Assembly (NCBI GenBank): GCA_043228905.1
Contig: JBHGNT010000014.1
Coordinates: forward strand, 11,966,001-12,030,000
Direction: 5' to 3'
DNA: 64,000 bases
DNA from: Azolla caroliniana
Taxonomy: Eukaryota; Plantae; Polypodiophyta
The notes under the pieces are model-generated. The model ran no database searches. It was not told where the DNA came from and saw only the letters and a program-made list of their open reading frames with translations. Below, piece by piece: positions 1 to 13,982 of the stretch (its first letter is position 1; every line of letters starts with the position of its first letter). Position numbers and translations under genes: made by a program.

Positions 1-158
1 ACCTAGTAGTCTAGGAGTATAGGCTACTACTAGCCTTCCAGTTCACATTTGAATCCAGCTCTCCGATCCGGCTCCTTGTTCCAGACACCGATTCGGATAT
101 CGATCCGCCTTTGGCTTGTTCAGCCGATCCGGATACGGTTGAGCTTGCTCGCTCAACA
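1..158 (-). mobile_element. Start of a Copia LTR (related to the 7126-20229 element), truncated by the window edge and inserted in the neighbouring Copia
   Basis: Minus strand from 158 reads TGTTGAGCGAGCAAGCTCAACCGTATCCGGATCGGCTGAACAAGCC, closely resembling the LTR start TGTTGAGCGGCAAGCTCAACCGGAGCCGGATCGGCTGAATAAGCC at 7126. Confidence 0.75.
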
Positions 159-189
159 CGTAGAATACGCGTTTTTTAACAACTATGAC

Positions 190-3100
190 CGAAAGTCAGT
201 TGTGTATCTTCGGTCCCTCTCAGGTACCTGAAGATGTGCTTGACGGCCTCCCAATGCTTCCGTCCTAGATTTGACATGTACCAGTTGACCACCCCTACGA
301 CATAGGCTAGGTCGGGTCGGGTCGCCACCATTGCGTACATGATACTTCCTACGGCCGATGCGTAGGGTATCTTTCCATTAAACTCTCTCTCCTTGTCTAT
401 TGAAGGAGATTCTTTGTCCGATAGTCAGATCGACGTCGAAAGCAGTGTTGGTGCTGGCTTTGCATTCTCCATGTTGAAGCGCTTCAGCACCTTTCGGATA
501 TTGTCAGACTGGGAGAGTCGGAGAGTCTTGGTCATCCGATTTCACTCAATCCTCATGTGCAGTATGTGACGGGCTTGTCTATGTTCCGTCTTCGCGAACT
601 TGTCGTGAAGGCTCCGCTTAAGCTTTCCGATCTCAACTTGGTTGCTTCCTGCAATCAGTATGTCATCGACATATAGGATCAGATAAATCCTAGACTCGTC
701 GACTAGTTGCCAAATATATGTATGCGTGGGTCGGAGTCAGATCGATGGTATCCAAGTTGCCTTATGTAGGAGTTGAACTTCTGGTACCACATCCTCGGCT
801 CTTGTTTCAAGCCATAGAGGCTTTTCTTCAGTCGACATACGAGGTGACTTTCCTCCCCTGTCGTCGTGAAGCCTGCCGGTTGAGACATGTAAATGTCTTC
901 TTCCAGATCTCTATGAAGGAATGTCGTCTTTACATCCAGCTATTCTAGCTCTAGGTCTTCTGTCGCCACAACTCCTAGTAAGAGTCGGAGGGTGGTCATC
1001 TTGACTACTGGTGAGAATATCTCGTCGTAGTCGACCCCATGTTCTTGTTGGAACCTTTTCGCGACAAGACGAACTTTGTACTTGGGTTTCTCTGAGTCAA
1101 ATACATATTTGTATCGGAAAACCCATTTGCAAGGTAGTGGCTTTCTTCTAGTTGGTGGTTCGACCAGCTCACATGTCTGATTCTTGTGAATCGAGTCCAT
1201 TTCGGATTCATGGCATTGTGCCATGTTTTGGCGTCGGTTGCGGCCATAGCTTCTTCATAAGTGCTTGGTTCGCTTGCATCGATGTAGTTGACGTAGTCAA
1301 GGCCAGGTTGGTGGAACTCTATCTGTCTTCGAGCTCGTCTAGATCTCCTGGGTACTAAGATAAGAGGTTCAAATTCTTCGATCAGTTTTGCAGGTCGATC
1401 GGTATTTGTCGAACCGTTTGTGTCAGGAGTCTTGTTAGGTGACCCACCCTCATGCTAGGATTTCAGTGGTGTCATGGCTTTCTCCCCCGTGAACTTTGTC
1501 GACTCGGGTCTGTTTCCAAATCGCATCATGTTGACTTTGCTTTGTTCAACTCTTATCAAATGGGCTCTGTCTTTGATGGCTTTCTCTTCAAGATCGACTA
1601 GTGGACCTCCAACCGATTCGGAGTCAGTAGGTATGTTGTCAGCTTCGTCGAGTTCGAATGTTTGTTGAATCTTTAAGTCGGCCCTGTGGATCAGTCCTTC
1701 TGCGATGTCTCTGTCGTCTTTGAAGGATAGCTTTTTACCGACTATTTTCCGTTGGTTCCGCTAAGAGAAGATAGAGTCTTCATTGAAGACTACGTCACTA
1801 CTCCGGATCCGTTTCCGGTTCTCAGGGTTCCATAGCCTGTAGTCAAAGTCCACATCGGTTCCATAACCGAGAAATATGCACTTCGTCGCATGGGGTGCGA
1901 ACTTTGTCCTTTTCTCCTTGGGGATGAACACGTAGGCTTCGCATCCAAATATACAGAGCCTATCATAGGTCGCCTGTTTTCCTGACCATAGTGCTTGTGG
2001 CACTTCGTGCCTGATTGCTTTCGACGGTACTAGATTTACGAAGTATATTGTCGCCTGCAATACCTCAGCCGAGAACTCCAGCTTCAATCCAGCTTGTTGG
2101 AGCATTCCTGTCACCCTCTCTTGGATCATTCGGTTTATCTGTTCCACCACTCCATTTTGCATGGGTGTGTAAGGAACAGTCTTTTGATGCCGGATCCCTT
2201 TGTTGGACATGTACTGCTTGAAGGCTCTGTAGGTATATTCGTCTCCGTTGTCGGACCGGAGTGTCTTCACTCTGTGTCCCGACTAGTTCTCCACTTCAAA
2301 TGTCTACAAAGACCTCGAGCACTTTGTCTTTGGACCTGATCGAGTGGGCCCAGACCTTCCGTGTACAGTAATCTACAAAGGTGATGAAGTATCGGGAGCC
2401 TCCTAGTGATCTCTCTAGCATGGTCCCACATATATTTGTGTGCACAAACTCTAGGGGTTGTGTATCGTCTCGTAGTGGAGAGAGTGGGGACTTCGGGTCT
2501 GTTTCCTGTATCGACAATGCTCGCAGAAGTCCTTCTTTGCTTGGAGTTTAGGGATGTAGTCGACCGCCATCAACCCATCGAGTCCGGCTTGAGACATATG
2601 GCTGAGTCGATCATGCCATAAGTTCGGGTCGGTCTTTTCGGCTACATTCACGGCCCCTTCTGGAGTGATCGCCATTAACGGGTACAAGTTATTGTACTTG
2701 TGTCCACTCCCAATTCTGAGATTTCCCCGACTGATCATCCATATTGACTCACTTAGAGTCGTTTGATACCCGTCTTCGGCTAACATGCCGATGGAGACCA
2801 GACTCCTTTTCAGATCGGGTACTACCTGGCTTGGTGTAGGGAGATCATGTTGCCATTGGGCAATCAGATGGGAACCTCTCCGATCCCTGCGATTCTACAC
2901 TCTTGCCCATTGCCTAGTCAGACTGTGTCGATGGCGTCAGTTGAATAGTTCGAAAACCATTCAATGTTGGGGGTCACATGGAATGTGGCACTGGAATCCA
3001 GTAACCACGTATGTGCATCTTGTGCACAGTATAGGACTTCTCCAATCATTGAATCCTCTAGGGAGAGAATTTCTCCTGATCGAGTGATGGCAACGTTGAT

Positions 3101-4370
3101 TTGGTTGCTTGTAGGACAATGATCCAAGTTGGGTCATCCTCGATTCCACTCGAATCGCCGACTACTCTCTTTTTTCTGCATCGACCAGCAGTCGGAAACA
3201 TTGTGGCCGGCTTTTCTGCAGTGAGTGCAGAATTCACCTGATCGGCCTGTTCTCGACTTCGACCATTGTTGGTCTCCCCTCATTTTTTATCAATTGGTAT
3301 TCCGACTGGTTCAGTCGGCTTGTTCTCTCGTTCGACTCTATTGGTCAAACGACTCGGTCGAGTGATGGGCTTCTACCGATTCATCGATGGTAAGTCCCAT
3401 CGATTTTCACCGAATGTCCATGGTGAGGACTTGGTCGATTGTCTAATCTAGGTTTAGGATCGGTCGGCTATTGGCATATGTCGTGCAGAATAGCTCCCAA
3501 CTCGTCGACAAGCTCGATAGGAGGGCAAGGGCTTTCACTTCTTATTCGAAGTTGATCCCTTGTGAGGAGAGTTCTGACAACACCCGACTGAAGGTGTTGA
3601 TGTGCAAGGTAGCCGGATCGGTCTCTCTCATCTTCATGTTCAACAGTTGTTTGATCAAGATCAATTTTGAAGATGAGGACCTTTCTCGTCCATGGCTTGT
3701 AGCTTCTCCCATAATGAGAACACTATCATCTCTTTTGCCATGCTCAAGTAGATGTTTTCAACCAGATGCATTCGGATGGTAGAGCGTGCGATTTCATCAA
3801 TAGATCTCCACTCTTCAGTTGTCATTGAGGCAGGTTTTTCACTGTGTCGAATGGCTTCGACTTGTCTTCTAATGATCAACACATCCTGCATCATCTCCGT
3901 CCAAAGGGCAAAGTTTTTGCCATTGAATTTTCTGATTTCAACTCTTGTTCTGGATGTTGAAGCCATATTCTTCTTTGAGTGTGAGATTTTACTAACCTGG
4001 TCTTTTTCCTTTTAGTTTTTTTTTTCTATTGTTTGTTGCCGCCGAGTAGCAAGTTGCTCTGATACCAGTTGTTTACATATATGTGTGGATGTGAGGACCT
4101 GTCAGTTATGCTCAGCAAACAACACAAAAGGAAGGCAAGAAGATATAGATAGATAATAGACACACACGACGGATGAAGCTTTAATGGAAGCTCTCTTTAT
4201 TTCTGTTCTCTCTCTCTCTCTCTCTCTCTCTCTCAGAGACTCGATGTACAGGATGATCAAGAGATCATCTCTTTACAACGTTAGGTTATCGCTTATATAC
4301 TAAGCCCTAACTATATGGACAAGTTCACACTAGGATACAAAGTGGACGGAGTCGGTCTTTTATGCCAACA
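190..4370 (-). mobile_element. Degenerate Ty1/Copia LTR retrotransposon (5' LTR, PBS, gag-PR-INT-RT; 3' end outside the window)
   Basis: Fragmented ORFs: gag KFNGKNFALW (3661-3966), protease WLLDSSATFH, GAG-pre-integrase LWHDRLSH, integrase LRSDNGDEY...[16 protein letters not shown]...[11 protein letters not shown] and [10 protein letters not shown]. tRNA-iMet PBS (TGGTATCAGAGC) at 4056-4067; putative LTR 4070-4370 with TG...CA ends and a CT microsatellite. Confidence 0.9.
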
Positions 4371-4489
4371 AGCACATTGTATGTATAGAGTATTATTTTT
4401 TTAATAGATTTTATGCTTTCTACTCTCTCTGCCTCTCCTGTGTATTCTAAGCTTCCATTAAATCTCTCTGTTTTTCTGTAGCTGACCGG

Positions 4490-4574
4490 ATAAACTGGTT
4501 TGCTTCCACATATTAACTTTGACACTTTGTAAGTTGTCTGAGCGGAAAAATAAGCTTTGAGTAGTCATGTATAA
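4490..4574 (-). pseudogene. Displaced 3' piece of the old Gypsy pol split by the DNA transposon
   Basis: Joining 27287 to 4570 on the minus strand reads [31 protein letters not shown], the Gypsy RT connection motif. Confidence 0.8.
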
Positions 4575-4600
4575 GGGTCGAAGCACGCTATGGTGTACCA
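4575..4600 (+). repeat. Left terminal inverted repeat
   Basis: Reverse complement of 27261-27286 with one mismatch; preceded by the ATAA TSD. Confidence 0.92.
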
Positions 4601-5098
4601 GAAAAGTACTGTTTTTGGCCATAAAAATTGTCAGTACTTTCAATACTATTAGTACTGAATAATTCAGAAAAAAAATTAGAGAAAAAGAAAATCGATTTTG
4701 GAGAGTGGGGTGACTTTAGTACAAGTGTCATTTACTGTAGAAGGAGTGGGGGGAACACATGAGGAGATGTTCTTCCATTTTGGGGGTTATTTTCCCCTCA
4801 CGTCGATTTTGGCGCTTCCCCTCATACTCCTCTTCCTCTATCCCTCTGAGCTTTTCATCATAGACATCCATGTCACGTTTCTGATTTTCCTTCAATCTAA
4901 ATCTCAGACATCCATGTCTGGTTGGAGAGTTTGAGTTGAGGATTTCTGATTTTTTTAGGGTTTCTGTTTTTGTTAGGGTTTAGGTTGAGGTACAGAGACT
5001 GTTCTGAGGGTTTAGGTAGCAGCCAATAGTGATTTCTTCGACAACGACTTTCTTACTTCCACCGATTGCAGTTGATGTCGTGGTGATTTGGGGCTTTT

Positions 5099-5347
5099 TC
5101 CACCAAATCGAGGCGGCATTGGAGGTTCCTTCCACCAAATCGAGGCGGCATATCCAACGCTCCCTCCACCATTGGAGGTTCCTTCCACCAAATCGAGGCG
5201 GCATATCCAAACGCTCCCTCCACCATTGGAGGTTCATTCCACCAAATCGAGGCTGCATATCCACGCTCCCTCCACCATTGGAGGTTCCTTCCACCAAATC
5301 GAGGTGGCATATCCAACGCTCCCTCCACCATTGGAGGTTCCTTCCAT
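5099..5347. repeat. ~53-bp tandem repeat, about 4.5 copies, upstream of the transposase
   Basis: Unit TCCACCAAATCGAGGCGGCATATCCAACGCTCCCTCCACCATTGGAGGTTCCT starts at 5131 and 5184, with further copies. Confidence 0.9.
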
Positions 5348-7125
5348 CCATTTTTTTATTTTCAGTACTAAAATGTTTCATTTCTTCATATTTCAATACT
5401 AAATTTTTAGAATTGACACTTGTCATATTTGATATGTAATTCTAATGTTTGAAACAAAATATTTCTCACTTTGCAGGCCACATTTAAAAACATTTGATTG
5501 TGTTTTCTTAGTTGAGTCTATATAACATTAACTACTTTCACAAGACACTTAATTTTTGTGGATAAATCTAGTGACCGAATGGGGGTTCCTAACGAGAGTG
5601 AGTTGTCAAGTAACTCATGCATATCTGAAAGGACTAAGAGACGAGTGGTTCTTCACATAGTCCGTTATTTGGTAGAAATAACGAAGAGATTTAGTGAAGA
5701 GGATCGTAGGGATATTATCTGTAGAGTGTTACACCATCAAAGTTTGAATGAAGACATGGAGAGAATAAAATTTAGGGACCAATGTGTTTCAGAAGAGATT
5801 GTGGAGTCTATGAAGTCATCCCTAGACTTAGTGAAAGGTGTAGAGAGCTTAGACAAACTTGTTGCAAAGAGGGCAGCCCTACACATGGTTGTGAACGGTG
5901 CGAGAGAAAAAAAATATAGTGATACTAAAGTTGCCTTAGCCCTGGGTATTCAAAGAAGGAACTTGAGGAAACATCGCCGAAATATACACTCAAGCAAATT
6001 CAAGTGGCTGGGGTTGGGACGTAGACGACGATGTGATGCCTTATCTCAAGAGATTATTGAGAAAGTGGATTCATTTTGGGCCAAAAATACGCGTGTCTCA
6101 CCAAATAAGAAGGACATGTGTAGACAACGAATAAGTCAGGGTAAGTACCAGATTCACCCTAGACACTTCTTGGAGATGACAGAGGTATTCCATTTTTTTA
6201 TATCAATTCACATTCCATAACTTTGCGTTTTGACCAAGTGTATATTAATGTTTGCTATATATATTGGTTGATGTAGGCTGAATTGTACATGAACTTTAAA
6301 GACCAACATCCAAGCTTGACTGTTGGATTCCGCAAGTTCCAAGGTTTGAAACCATTTTATGTTAGAAAATTAAATGAGAGGAATACATGTTGTTGTGTGT
6401 ACCATGTGAAGATGGACATGTTAAGGCTAGCAGTGAATGCAATGCATACTGATTCTAAGGGTATACAAGGGGAATTATGTGTCTGCACTTGTGAGATTTG
6501 TAGACCAAATGGGGAGGATAATAGGTGTAATGCACGAAACATGACTTATGCATCCGTTTCTGAGCTATGGAGGTCTTGTGTTTGTGAAAAAGAACCATCA
6601 TGTGAGTGGCATCGTCGTACATGTCTATTAAGAACGTGTAAGGTTTGTCCGCTACCATTATTTTGTAGGCAGGAGCTTGATTTGGGAAATAGTCATATCG
6701 TGAAATGGAAATATTTGCGACTGAAAATATTGGCAAGGGAGTTGTCACTAAGCGTATCAAGGAAGTATATAAGGAGACATGTGCTGCTACCCTTGTCTCA
6801 GAATTTAAGAAACAACTTGGGGAGTTCATTCCACATAACTTCCGGAGTTATTGGCAAAATTCACAGTTCAAGGAATGTATTAATAACTTACCAACGGGTG
6901 TCATCGTATCCATTATTGATTTTGCAGAAAACTATACATTTAAAGTTCAAAATGAGGTTCAATCAATGCATTGGTACAATGATCAATGTACAATACTTGT
7001 ACATATTTGCTATTGGAGGCAAGACGGTGAGTTACATAAGAAATCAATATTTTACATTTCAGATGATAAAAAGCATAATACACTATCTGTTCAACATTGT
7101 TTTAAGCTTCACCATGCAGATTTAT

Positions 7126-7459
7126 TGTTGAGCGGCAAGCTCAACCGGAGCCGGATCGGCTGAATAAGCCGGAGCCGGTAAGCGAGACGGATCGGGCGAA
7201 ACGGATCGGTATGACGGTGAGCAACCGAACCGGCATGCAGTGGAGGCCGGGTGCAATCCGTAACCGGAAGTCCAATCGGAAGCCTAGTATAGGATAGACT
7301 ACTAGGTAGCTATAGTCTCATAGTAAGTGTTAGATGCTCGTGTGAGCATTGAAATACATGGTACTTCTGTCAGTCCCAAGAGGACTTGTATAAATAGTGC
7401 TACTTAGCACAGTGTGTATATAGAGTCTTGATATAATTTTGAAATTGTGTTCTGCTCTC

Positions 7460-7541
<82 letters not shown>

Positions 7542-7580
7542 GTTCTCTGATTTACACTTCCGCAAACACTTACGTTTACA
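7126..7580 (+). repeat. 5' LTR of Copia, containing (CT)n
   Basis: Direct repeat of 19795-20229; followed by the tRNA-Met PBS. Confidence 0.96.
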
Positions 7581-10500
7581 TGGTATCAGAGCGCGAGGGT
7601 TGAGAACCTCTGCTGCAGACATTTACTCTTGAGAAGAAAACCCTAACAGGTCGAAAACAGACACAGTAAAAGACATGGATAGAGGCATGGCTACGTCGCT
7701 CCCGGTGGAGAAGCTCGACAGGAGCAACTACGCATCCTGGTCTTACAAGATGCACCAGTACCTGCTTGGACACGGGTACTGGAGTTATGTCGAAGGAGCG
7801 AATGATGCGGCGCCCGACTTGGCACACACGCACTTCCCGGTATGGGAACAGGCGGCAAGCAGGGTGATGTACTGCTTCGCGTCCAGTGTCGGCGATCAGC
7901 TCCTCAGCCACATCCGTGACGCCAAGACACCGAAGGATGCTTGGGGGAACCTGAAAAAGGTTTTCGCCGCAAGCACCACTACCCGGAAGCTGCAACTCAA
8001 ACAGGAGTTGAACAATGTTCGACAGAAGAACATGTCCGTGGCAGACTACACGGGCCGGATAAAGGAGATTTGCGACTCGCTCGCCTCTATCAATGTTACC
8101 GTAGAGGAAGACGAGATGGTGCAGGTATGTCTCGGAGGCCTGGCGTCCAAGTTCGGAGCGTTCCGGACTACGGTGTGTACAAGGGAGAATACCCCCTCAT
8201 TCTTCGACTTATAGTCGATGCTCCTTGTAGAGGAGAACCACGCCGGTGCATCTACCAGTGCATCCCCGGAAAGCCGAATGTTGTACACGGGAACAAATCG
8301 GCTCCGTGGGCGTGGTGGAAGAGGTGGGTCGGCACGCAATGGAGGCGGCCGGCAAGAGCAGGAACGGAGGCACTATGAGCGTGCCGACAGCAGTTCCGGG
8401 ACTTCCACAAGCAGGGGGAGTCAAGGCTGTGCCGGAGGCCGGCAAGACAAATCCGCTACGGAATGTTGGTACTGTGGCAAAAAAGGCCACAGGGAAAGTG
8501 AGTGCTGGAGAAAGCGTGCTGATTCGGACAAATCCGGATCCGGCAAGACCGGTAAGGATGGCCGGCAAAACTCGCACTACGCAAACGGATCAGGAGGATC
8601 CGGAACCGGAAAGGCCGGTAAGGGGCCAGCCTTGGTGATGAATCACAAGGCAAACTCAATGAAGAAGACCACTTCCAAAATGGAGGAAGTGTGGTATGTT
8701 GATTCCGGCGCGTCGAACCACATGACGAGCCACAAAGAGTGGTTCTCCTTTTTGGAGAAACCGGATCAACCAAGAGTAGTTGAAACCGGAGACGACACTC
8801 CTCACCAAATCGTGCACGTCGGAGAAGTCCCTCTAAGCCACGTCAGACAGAAAGGGAAGCTGATGAACGTATTACACGTTCCGACAATCACGAAGAACCT
8901 GGTTTCCGTCGGTCAGATTGTCGACCAGGGGATGCAGGTGCGGTTTACGCACCTCGGGTGCTTCATTGAGGATGAGGGCGAAGTCATTGCGCAAGGGCGC
9001 AGAGACGGGAGGATGTTTATCCTCAACACCAATGACTTTGGCACCACTCTGTTCACGAAACGACAGAAGGTCGAGTCGGACATTGACCTGTGGCACAAGC
9101 GGATAGGCCACGTCAACTACCGGAGGCTTCAAGACCTGCAAACGAAACAAGTCGTTTTTGGTTTGCCGAAGTTCAGCAGCCGGAGAGCCGAAATTTGTGA
9201 AGCCTGCCAACTTGGGAAGCAACACCGGCTTCCATTCCCCACCGAACAGAACCGGAGCCGTAACAAGCTCGATCTCATCCATTCGGATGTGTGGGGACCG
9301 GCACAAAGTGTAAGCCTTGGCGGGAGCCGATACTTCATCTCCTTCATCGACGACTATACACGACATACTTGGATCTACCTCATTGAGCGGAAAAGCGAAG
9401 TCTTCGACTGTTTCCGGAGCCTCCAGAAGATGGTGGAACGGGAATCGGAGAGGAAGATCAAATGCCTTCGGTCGGATGGCGGAAAGGAATATTTTTCTGG
9501 CCAATTCACTAGTCATCTGCAGCAGAAGGGAATTCGGCGAGAGTTCAGCTACAGATACACACTGGAGCAAAACGGTGTGGCCGAAAGGAAGAACCGGACA
9601 CTCGTCGAAGCGGCAAGGGCAATGCTGGAGGAGAAGAGCATGCCCCGGTTCTATTGGGTGGAGGCGGTCCAAACGGCCGTCTACATACAAAACTGCATTG
9701 GTGACAAGGTGTCAGCTCATGAGCTGTATTTCGGGTGCAAGCCGAACTTAAGACACCTTCGGATATTCGGCAGAATAGCGTATGTGCATGTGCCGGTTCA
9801 GAAGCGGAGAAAGCTGGATGCAAAATCAGAAAAATGCATCCTAGTCGGCTATGCTCAAGAGCAAAAGGGGTATAAGTGCTTTAACCCCCGGACGAAGGAA
9901 GTCCGAATTAGCCAGGATGTCGAGTTCGATGAATCGGCATCCTGGTACTCCGTACCGACTCCGACTTCCGATCCCGACCCAATGTCGGAAGATCAGGCCA
10001 GTGAGCCGGAATCAGCCCTGGCAGAGGATGATGAAGCCGGGACTCAAGATGAGAGTCCGGAATCGTTACGGTTGAGTGGACCGAACGAGCGACTGAGTCG
10101 GTTGGACCAGTCGGATGAAGAGACGGCAAGTGGTGGAGACTCTGCCATGCTCTCCCCGCGCAAGGAACCGAGGAAACGGTTCACGCGCAAAGAGAAAGGG
10201 AAGAGGAAGATGCCGGAATTCGAAACCGGCAACGATGAGTCGGATCGGTGCGTATCCGACTCCGGAAAGGAGAAAGGCGGATCTTCGGCAACGAAGACCG
10301 AACTGGCCAAGAAGGGCCTCAAATCAGGTGACGGTGCGTTGCGCCCATCAACCCGCCAGAAGGATCCCGTCATGCGGTACGGGTACAATGAATACATGGC
10401 GCATCATTATGCGTACATGACTAAGGTGACCGAAGTGCGTGAGCCGGAGAGCTACGCAGACGCGGCAAAGGACGCAAATTGGCGTGCCGCTATGGACGAA

Positions 10501-11755
10501 GAAATGCGGGCACTCGATGCCAACGAAACTTGGGACCTAGTTGATCCTCCCCGTCATTGTAAACCGATCGGATGCAAGTGGGTGTACAAGGTCAAGTACA
10601 ACGCCGACGGTTCTGTTAACCGGTACAAAGCCCGGTTAGTGGCGAAGGGATACGCGCAGACCCACGGAATCGACTACGACGAGACCTTCGCTCCTGTGGC
10701 GAAGATGACGACGGTTCGTGTGGTACTGGCGGTTGTTGTGGCAAGGGGGTGGCATCTTCACCAATGGATGTGAAGAACGCCTTCCTTCAAGGAGAGCTTG
10801 AAGAAGAAGTCTTTATGACTCAGCCCCTCGGATTTCAATCGGAGATGAACAAGTCGGTGGTATGCCGACTGAAGAAGTCGCTTTACGGCTTGAAGCAAGC
10901 CCCCCGAGCTTGGAACGCGAAGATCAGGCACCGGTTGCGTCAGCTGGGGTTTGCTGTCTCTAAGTCGGACTCTTCGTTGTTCATCCGGCAAGGCTCTGAC
11001 GGTCCGGTATGTTTACTCTTGTATGTGGATGATTTAGTCATCACCGGACCGGGTTGTCGGACGCATTCGAAATGAAGGACCTGGGGGACCTTCATTATTT
11101 TCTTGGGATCGAAGTGATCCGGACCCCTGACAACATATTGCTCTCACAACGACATTACGTGTTGAATATGCTGTATAAGTTCGGCATGACGGATTGCCGA
11201 CCTGTCTCCACACCCCTGGACCGGAACCAGAAGCTTTGTCCCAACTCCGGACCGGCCTGCAATGAGAAACAGTTCTGACAGGTTGTCGGAAGCCTGATCT
11301 ACTTAACCATCACCCGACCCGACATCAGCTATCCGGTCGGCATGGTAAGCCAGTTCATGCAGAAGCCGACCGTGGAGCACCTTCAGTGCGCACAACGAAT
11401 ATTACGGTATGTCAGCAACACTAAGGACCGGGGACTGCTATACCGGCGAGGTATACCCGAAGAGCTTGTCGGTTACACAGATGCTGACTGGGCCGGCGAT
11501 GCGTCTGATCGCCGCTCCACTTCCGGATACATGTTCTCCATAGGTAGCGTGGCCATTGCGTGGAGCAGCAAGAAGCAGCCCACAGTGGCTTGGTCAAGCA
11601 CTGAGGCTGAGGACCGGGCCGCTACCGTTGCCACTTGTGAAGCCATCTGGCTTCGACGACTGCTGCGAGACTTGCGGATCGAGGTACCGACCCCGATCCC
11701 GATTTACTACGATAACATGAGTAGCTTGCAGCTCGCCAGGAACCCTGTGTTCCAT

Positions 11756-12226
11756 TGTTATGTACACATAACGTTGGTGAGGGTAGGTCACTAATATTTA
11801 CATTAGTGAAGGGTATGTTCACTATTATTAAAAAGGGGACTAATGATTGGATAGAATGAATGATATGTGCATGCACTATCATGATTTAGACAACCAATGA
11901 ATAGAGAGCCTTTTAGAAAGGCACATCTATTCAAGGGGCCTAGGAAAAGGTATAAATATGAGGCTTAGCTACCCTCATAGGAATCACGTCGGAAGGTTGC
12001 TGTCGTAGACACCGGTGGTGCGGGCTAGGCTTTCGTCTCGACGATCGTGTTTATCTCTTCCAAGGTATTAGTCATCCTAATATCCGGCGGTATGGGACGT
12101 CGGTGGTAGGTTGGCTATGTCTAGATCATAGCTCGGGGGTGGTCGGGTGGAACGGGTTCTTCTATCCAATCTATTTTCTTCCTTATTACTTGATTTGGTC
12201 TATTGATTAGTAATAGACTCTTAACA
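11756..12226 (+). repeat. 5' LTR of nested chromovirus
   Basis: TGTTATG...TTAACA; near-identical to 18395-18865. Confidence 0.96.
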
Positions 12227-12664
12227 GTGGTATCAGAGCTTTTACTAACAATTTTTTTGTTGTTTTGATGTTTTTTGCGTGTGAGCGAGGGGGATCTAAC
12301 AAGGCTCGTCATGCTCTTCTCAGGATCAAAACAACACTCTAAACCTGGTATTCTTCTTTTTTGATCTCTTCTCTTTTTCTATTATGTGTTCTTTATGGTC
12401 GAATCAAATTGGTATTACGTTTTATTCTCTTTCTTTCTACCTCCTACTACGCTACGATTTTACTTATTATTATGCATCGGGCCGAGCGTGTTTGCACTAA
12501 TCGCACACGCTCAACTCATGGCCTTTTGCATATTGCGATATATATCCCACTCTCTCCTCTCTTGAACTCTTACGATAATAATTATTCTTGTGCATTGGGT
12601 CGAGCGTGTTTGCTCTAATCGCACACGCTTATCTCATGGCCGTTTTGCATATGATGTTGAGTAT

Positions 12665-12990
12665 ACCACTCTTCCTCTCTATTGAGCCATCACTTGGCCA
12701 ATTCTAAGGGATGATGTGGCCTTGACGAGGTGTATGTTGCCTACCTATGCCACTCTACTCTCTATTAAGCCATCAATTGGCCGATTCTATGGGATGTTGT
12801 GGCCTTGACAAGGTATATGTAGCTTACATATGCCACTTTCCTTTTTAATTAGCCATCAATTGGCCGATTCTAAGGGATTATGTGGCCTTGACGAGGTATA
12901 TGTCACTTACCTATGCCACTTTCCTCTTTAATTAGCCATTACTTGGCCGATTCTAGGGATATGTGGTGGTCTTGAGGAGGTGCATGTCAA
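12665..12990. repeat. 83-bp tandem repeat (about 4 copies) in the chromovirus leader
   Basis: AGCCAT anchor at 12685, 12768, 12851 and 12934. Confidence 0.85.
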
Positions 12991-13982
12991 CTACCCTAGG
13001 GTTTCGTATCTTAGGGCATGTTTGATTCCATACACCTAATTGTTGATTATTCTAATTAAATCTTAATTTCATAAGTATTGTTTCACTTATATGATTTTCT
13101 AGTAATTATTATTTACCCGCCCACAATTAACTCTCCTTTTTCCACTTCCTTTTCATGTATAAAGTATTTACATCGTTTATTTTTAATGTAACCTTTACGT
13201 GTAGACTATTTTTTTCGTATGGAGTGACTTGTTGAACGATTTTTTTTCAACGGGTCATCTAGGTTTAACTCTTATCATCAAGCCTTAGAAAACGAGTAAA
13301 ACCATATGAGTTCCCTTATTGATGTTTTACTCATGGATTTGAGTATTGCATCTTTGCGCACAACACCGTCATCACTTGTATCAATTTGTGGCTTATGTCA
13401 CAATTGTGCAAGTTATAACAATCATATTGGGATGTATATGTGCATACCTTGCACTTCCCATTTATTTGTGACATTGTTTTTTTCGTAGGTAACACATGGG
13501 TTCTTTTTTTTTTTACCCTTGTTTTCGTCACTACTTAACTCTTATGAGTAGTGCCTTATTTTATCATTTTATCATCACGTTTGCTTATTGCTCGCAAGAC
13601 TAGAATATTACTTGTGAGTGCACTTGTTTTTTCACGTAATACACTTTCTCGACCATATAATACATGATGGGTTGGCATTAATATAAGGCTATCTAGGAAA
13701 TTTCATTGATGTAAGAACCATGGTTGAGCCTCGGGGAGCCGCCATGATTACTCAAGATAGAGATCCGAGAAATACATCTTAGCTATGTTTTCCCCCATGG
13801 TTTTTAAAACACCATAGTGTTACCATAGTTATCGGATCTCGAATCACATCTCATATGTCTAGAGGGGTAAAGACATGAGATACTTTCTTGGATAAAGTTC
13901 TTTCAATCAAAATTTCAAGCATTCATTTTGCTTGTGTATTTTCTGAACCTCCTTATTTTATTGCATACCCACAGCGTGCATC

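Noticed and set aside
4980-5439. Overlapping repetitive ORFs on both strands
   Set aside because: They are products of the 53-bp minisatellite and show no domain signature.
7404-7632. RE/SL dipeptide ORFs (also 19999-20332 and 26563-27066)
   Set aside because: Translations of (CT)n microsatellites; only the end of 20108-20332 is real transposase sequence.
8872-9690. 272-aa antisense ORF and similar shadow ORFs
   Set aside because: Antisense to a GC-rich Copia integrase; no independent evidence.
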